Shown here: positions 60,438 to 64,000 of the stretch, in pieces
How the letters are laid out: every line of letters begins with the position of its first letter
Position numbering within the stretch: the first letter of the stretch is position 1
Source of the DNA: Nemertoderma westbladi
Lineage: Eukaryota > Animalia > Xenacoelomorpha
Assembly: GCA_032718475.1 (NCBI GenBank)
Contig: JAUCBJ010009103.1
Location: forward strand, 186,001 to 250,000
Direction of reading: 5' to 3'
DNA: 64,000 bases
The notes under the pieces: model-generated
Database searches by the model: none
What the model saw: the letters and a program-made list of their open reading frames with translations, nothing else
Told to the model about the DNA's origin: nothing
Position numbers and translations under genes: made by a program

Positions 60438-61204
60438 CGCAGAAACTCTGCAGCAGCCTGGCTGTGCTACTGTACTGTGCAGCTGTGGGTGGTAAGAAAA
60501 ATGACAGTACAGTACCGGTAGACCGTTATTAAAACTGCAGCTACCGTATAGCACCAATGTGCCGGCGCTGCAGGGTACGGTACCACTAAAATCAATGAAG
60601 GTAGTTAAAACAAATAAGAGGTAAAACTACAAAAAGCTACGACCGGTTCCTGGACCGCGAACGGGTACAGGCTCGTACGGTAGAATGAGTCAGTCTGACT
60701 GCGTCGGTTTCAGCATTTGTGGTATGTAGCATGTAGTATGTGAGCTGCTGTCCAAGTTATCTGTTTATATAGGAGTTACTGGCTCTACTGCCGTTCTAAA
60801 TAATTGAAGAATGGAACATAAGATTCCGATGTATACACCGGAACGGTACACCTCTATTTTTGTGCAATATCTCGAGAACCTATACAATATCACCCTTGCT
60901 TCGAGGTGTAAACAGTGTAACTATAGACAAACACGAAATCAATCACACGGTTCGAATTATATTGACTTATGATGGTCCGGTACGGACCACACACCGGCAC
61001 TAGTAGAAGCTGGCCATGCAAGGATTCCAAACACAATCTGAATATCGTCGTAAAATAGCTGAGATATGGGCGTTCGAATGTTACATGTATTTACTTCCGC
61101 TGCAGGTCAATTTATTACATTTAATAAATACATAACATCTGGAACAATTCGTTTATCTCATTAAGTTGCTGGGCAACAATGCAATTCCAATACACCATGA
61201 CTAG

Positions 61205-61980
61205 AATATAGTGTCGTTTTTCAGGTACCTGAATTTTTCTAGAAATCTTAATGAGATTGCATGAAATTTGAAACAGAGTTAGTTTCATCTTCCTCATCCT
61301 TGCTGGGTGAGTCAGAATTTTAATTTTGCTTTAATACATATCTACAAGCGGTTGAAAAAAGTGTCTCCGTCGGTATTGCACCAGGTACACCGCAGTTATT
61401 CTTCAACCTTATAGCGATTTGTTGTTAACGGAAAGCTGACCGTGCAAGGATTCCAAATATGTATTAGAATCTGAATTTCGTCGTACAATTGAGATATAAG
61501 CATTGAAAAGTTTCATGGTTTGGCACTGCGCTATAGACTATCTTATTCTATTTAATAAATAATCCGCATTCTGGAACACTTTGTTTATGTAAGAGTATAA
61601 TAGTAAGAATAAGAATGTAAGAATAGTATGATTATCTAATTATTGCATTATTGTCAAGCTACGTATAATGGGATAAACAAAATTTTCTAAAATTTATTTA
61701 TTTATAATTTATTAAATATAATATAATAGCTTCGCGCAAGTGGAAAACCATGCAACTTTTGAACGCTCTTATCTCAGCTATTCTACAACGAAATTCAGAA
61801 TGTGTTTCATATTTAGAATCCTTGCAAGGTCAGCAAATTCTGGCTCACCCAGTAAGGAGGAGGAGGGAGGTGAAACTATCTCCGTTTCAAATTTCATGCA
61901 ATCTCATTAAGATACGTGTAGAAAAATCTGGGGGGGGGGGGGGGGGGGGCGCCCAGGTACCTGAATAACGACACTATTCC
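61205..61980. mobile_element. Foldback/MITE-like inverted-repeat element
   Basis: 61208-61320 is the reverse complement of 61836-61977 (ATAGTGTCG..CAGGTACCTG..TCTTAATGAGATTGCATGAAATTTGAAAC..CTGGGTGAG.CAGAATT). 61440-61520 mirrors 61750-61830. Confidence 0.75.
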
Positions 61981-63599
61981 AGGAAATGTTGTATCACTTT
62001 GATACGATTTAATATTACAGGGCATTTTGTAAGGCCCCCCAAAGGTCAATATTGTTCAACATCAATATTATTCAATGGGGCTATATAGAAATTTCAGTAA
62101 TTCCAGAGTGAGTTTAGAGGGTGGCAAGAGTATGCCGTATATATAAATAAAAAAGTAAACTTTTTAAAACAGCTGATCCTAGAGTATACCGGTACATATA
62201 TATATTATATATATATATATATTCCATAGCCCGTAAAATTTTAATTATACATGCTGAGCTGACCTATATACTGTAATAAGAATGAATGCTTTAAGCATAA
62301 ATATATAATAATGTAAAATTAATATTAATATATCGAAACTTACTTACCCAATATTACTGAGGCGACAATGTGTATGATGACAGGCAAGAGTAGCACAACT
62401 TAGCCAAGGTAAAACAAATATTGCATCAAAGTTATTAAATATATAATTTATATATAAAACTAAATAATATTTAGATAAATGCGTAATTGGAGGTAAGTAT
62501 TTTAAGCATGAGTAGATTGGCACCATTGATATGAATGCAACGAAGGAAGAACAAGGTGGAACTATTTGCAATGCTTCTAGTGTAACTGGAAATGACATCA
62601 ACAACAAGCCTGAAAAATAAAAGTGCTGATATATAATTGAGGTTGATATTTCATATAATAATATATAATGTTACAGCATCGCTTATTTGTTAAAATGTTA
62701 AGCTACTGAATATAGAATAGGACTAAAGTGTAAAGGGTACATAAATAGTTCGTTCGTTATGTACCTATAATATAAACGGATACGTTCGTTCAATTGGGAT
62801 AACTATGGAAAATTATGAGTACAGTATATGCAGACGTTTTAGTACTAAAAAAAAGCAGGTTTTTCAATTGTCCAAAAAAGTTGATTGTATTCTGGGGGAT
62901 GTATTTTGACATCTACTGGGTGTATTTCAACAAGTTATAGCTCATTTTAAAGCTAAATAATAGAGGAATGCAATGGAATAACTTCCAAATTGTTTTATTG
63001 ATATCATATTGAAATACAACATAGATAATATACCCCTATTTTTGAAAATTTTTGAAAAATGTTTTTTGAAAAATTTTTGAAAAATATTTTTGAAAATTTT
63101 TGTCCCAAACGGTAACACCTATAGGTTTTTATTGGGATTCTATAAACTAAATTCTTATTTGAAAGGAAAATCTTCGGGAAGTTGAACGTTCAAGATTTTA
63201 CGAAAAAATAAAAAATACAACCGGAGATATGGCTGGTGTTATGTGGGAGTCGATTATGTCAATTAGGATTGTCCCATGTGTAACACCAAGTGCACTGCTT
63301 TACCATGCTCTAGAATCAGTTCTAACAAACGTGATTTAAAGATTCTAATATCAGCACATAGCCCAGATATTGGTCTTTTGCGTGAGTAATCATTTGTAGC
63401 AACAATTGACTGTGGAATAGACTTTAGTTGCTTTTACATTTATCGGCATGAGCTTTGTCCCCCCTGTAACAAAAGCCTGTAACACAAAAAATCGTTACAG
63501 GGCGGGACGTCCCACATGTAACATGTAAATTGAATAAATTTGGGCAACAGAGTAGGACATGTCTCACCTGTAACACTATCAGTAGAAACGCAAATGGAC

Positions 63600-63905
63600 T
63601 ATTAATTGTATTTCTATTTAATTTAGTTGCTAAGGCTAAGAATAAGAAAATCCGTTGGATATATTTGAAGGCTGGTCACGGGAAGGGCACAGCGGATGGA
63701 GTTGGTGGAACGATTAAGAGGACATTGTCAAATATTATTGGCATGCACATTGATGGCGATACCCCTAGCTTCAAAGACATAATTGCCATGCTGAAACCAA
63801 GATATTTCTATACTCGGCTAATGATGTGGAACTGGTAAAGGATACCATACCAAGTAACATAGGCCCCCTCCAGGGAATTGGAAAGGCCCACAAGATAGAA
63901 CCAGG
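63600..63905 (+). pseudogene. DDE-type transposase fragment (Sola-like; subgroup uncertain)
   Basis: IRWIYLKAGHGKGTADGVGGTIKR matches the W....HGKG..DG.GG..KR catalytic-region motif. After a frameshift it continues ...IGPLQGIGKAHKI. Confidence 0.7.
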
Positions 63906-64000
63906 GTGGCGATATCTATAGGATAAATATTTCTTGTAAGAAAGTGAGTCCACTATTCTGCATCCAGTATGGCGTGGCAGTCCTTGTGTCTCAGGCGGAA

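Larger units (their letters stand above)
51167..60700 (-). mobile_element. ~9.5-kb near full-length non-LTR retrotransposon (APE-RT, RTEX-like) with an extended ORF1 carrying a Ulp1/C48 protease; several frameshifts and stops
   Basis: 23-nt poly(A) (T run 51167-51189), ~400-bp 3'UTR, ORF2 with APE+RT, and colinear minus-strand ORF1 segments up to ATG 60437. The 5' boundary is approximate and I found no TSD. Confidence 0.88.

Noticed and set aside
60690-60730. Target-site duplication of the large LINE (TCAGCAT occurs near both ends)
   Set aside because: The match is only 7 bp and is not adjacent to the poly(A), so the 5' boundary remains approximate.
62344-62607. 87-aa hydrophobic minus-strand ORF as an independent gene
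   Set aside because: AT-rich with no recognisable motif. I kept it only as a possible upstream exon because of its splice signals.

Overview
Eukaryotic, AT-rich, probably invertebrate animal genomic DNA. It has spliceosomal GT-AG introns and no prokaryotic features. The window holds one host gene, a minus-strand GW182/TNRC6 (gawky) miRNA-silencing scaffold. I assembled it by hand from 10 confident coding exons plus 1 tentative exon between 47549 and 18156 (~1,075 aa: GW/WG Argonaute-binding region, Q-rich region, PAM2, RRM, LLP..LLGG C-terminus). Its introns contain unrelated minisatellites, RTE-type LINE relics, SINE heads, MITEs and Helentron-like (HINE) elements. An 8.5-kb 21-bp satellite with higher-order structure opens the window. 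The main finding is a ~9.5-kb poly(A)-tailed non-LTR retrotransposon (51167..~60700, minus strand, RTEX-like APE+RT ORF2). Its very long ORF1 region carries an 8-aa tandem repeat and a Ulp1/SENP-family (C48) SUMO-type protease with all catalytic residues present, placed ahead of the usual coiled coil and RRM-like ORF1 domain. Other oddities: tandemly amplified splice donor and acceptor sites, a ~147-bp-period array of CTCF-like motifs, inverted LINE copies bracketing phase-0 exons, substitutions at conserved tryptophans of the GW182 silencing motifs, and an over-represented TACCGGTA palindrome. All calls come from reading the sequence by eye; no searches were run.
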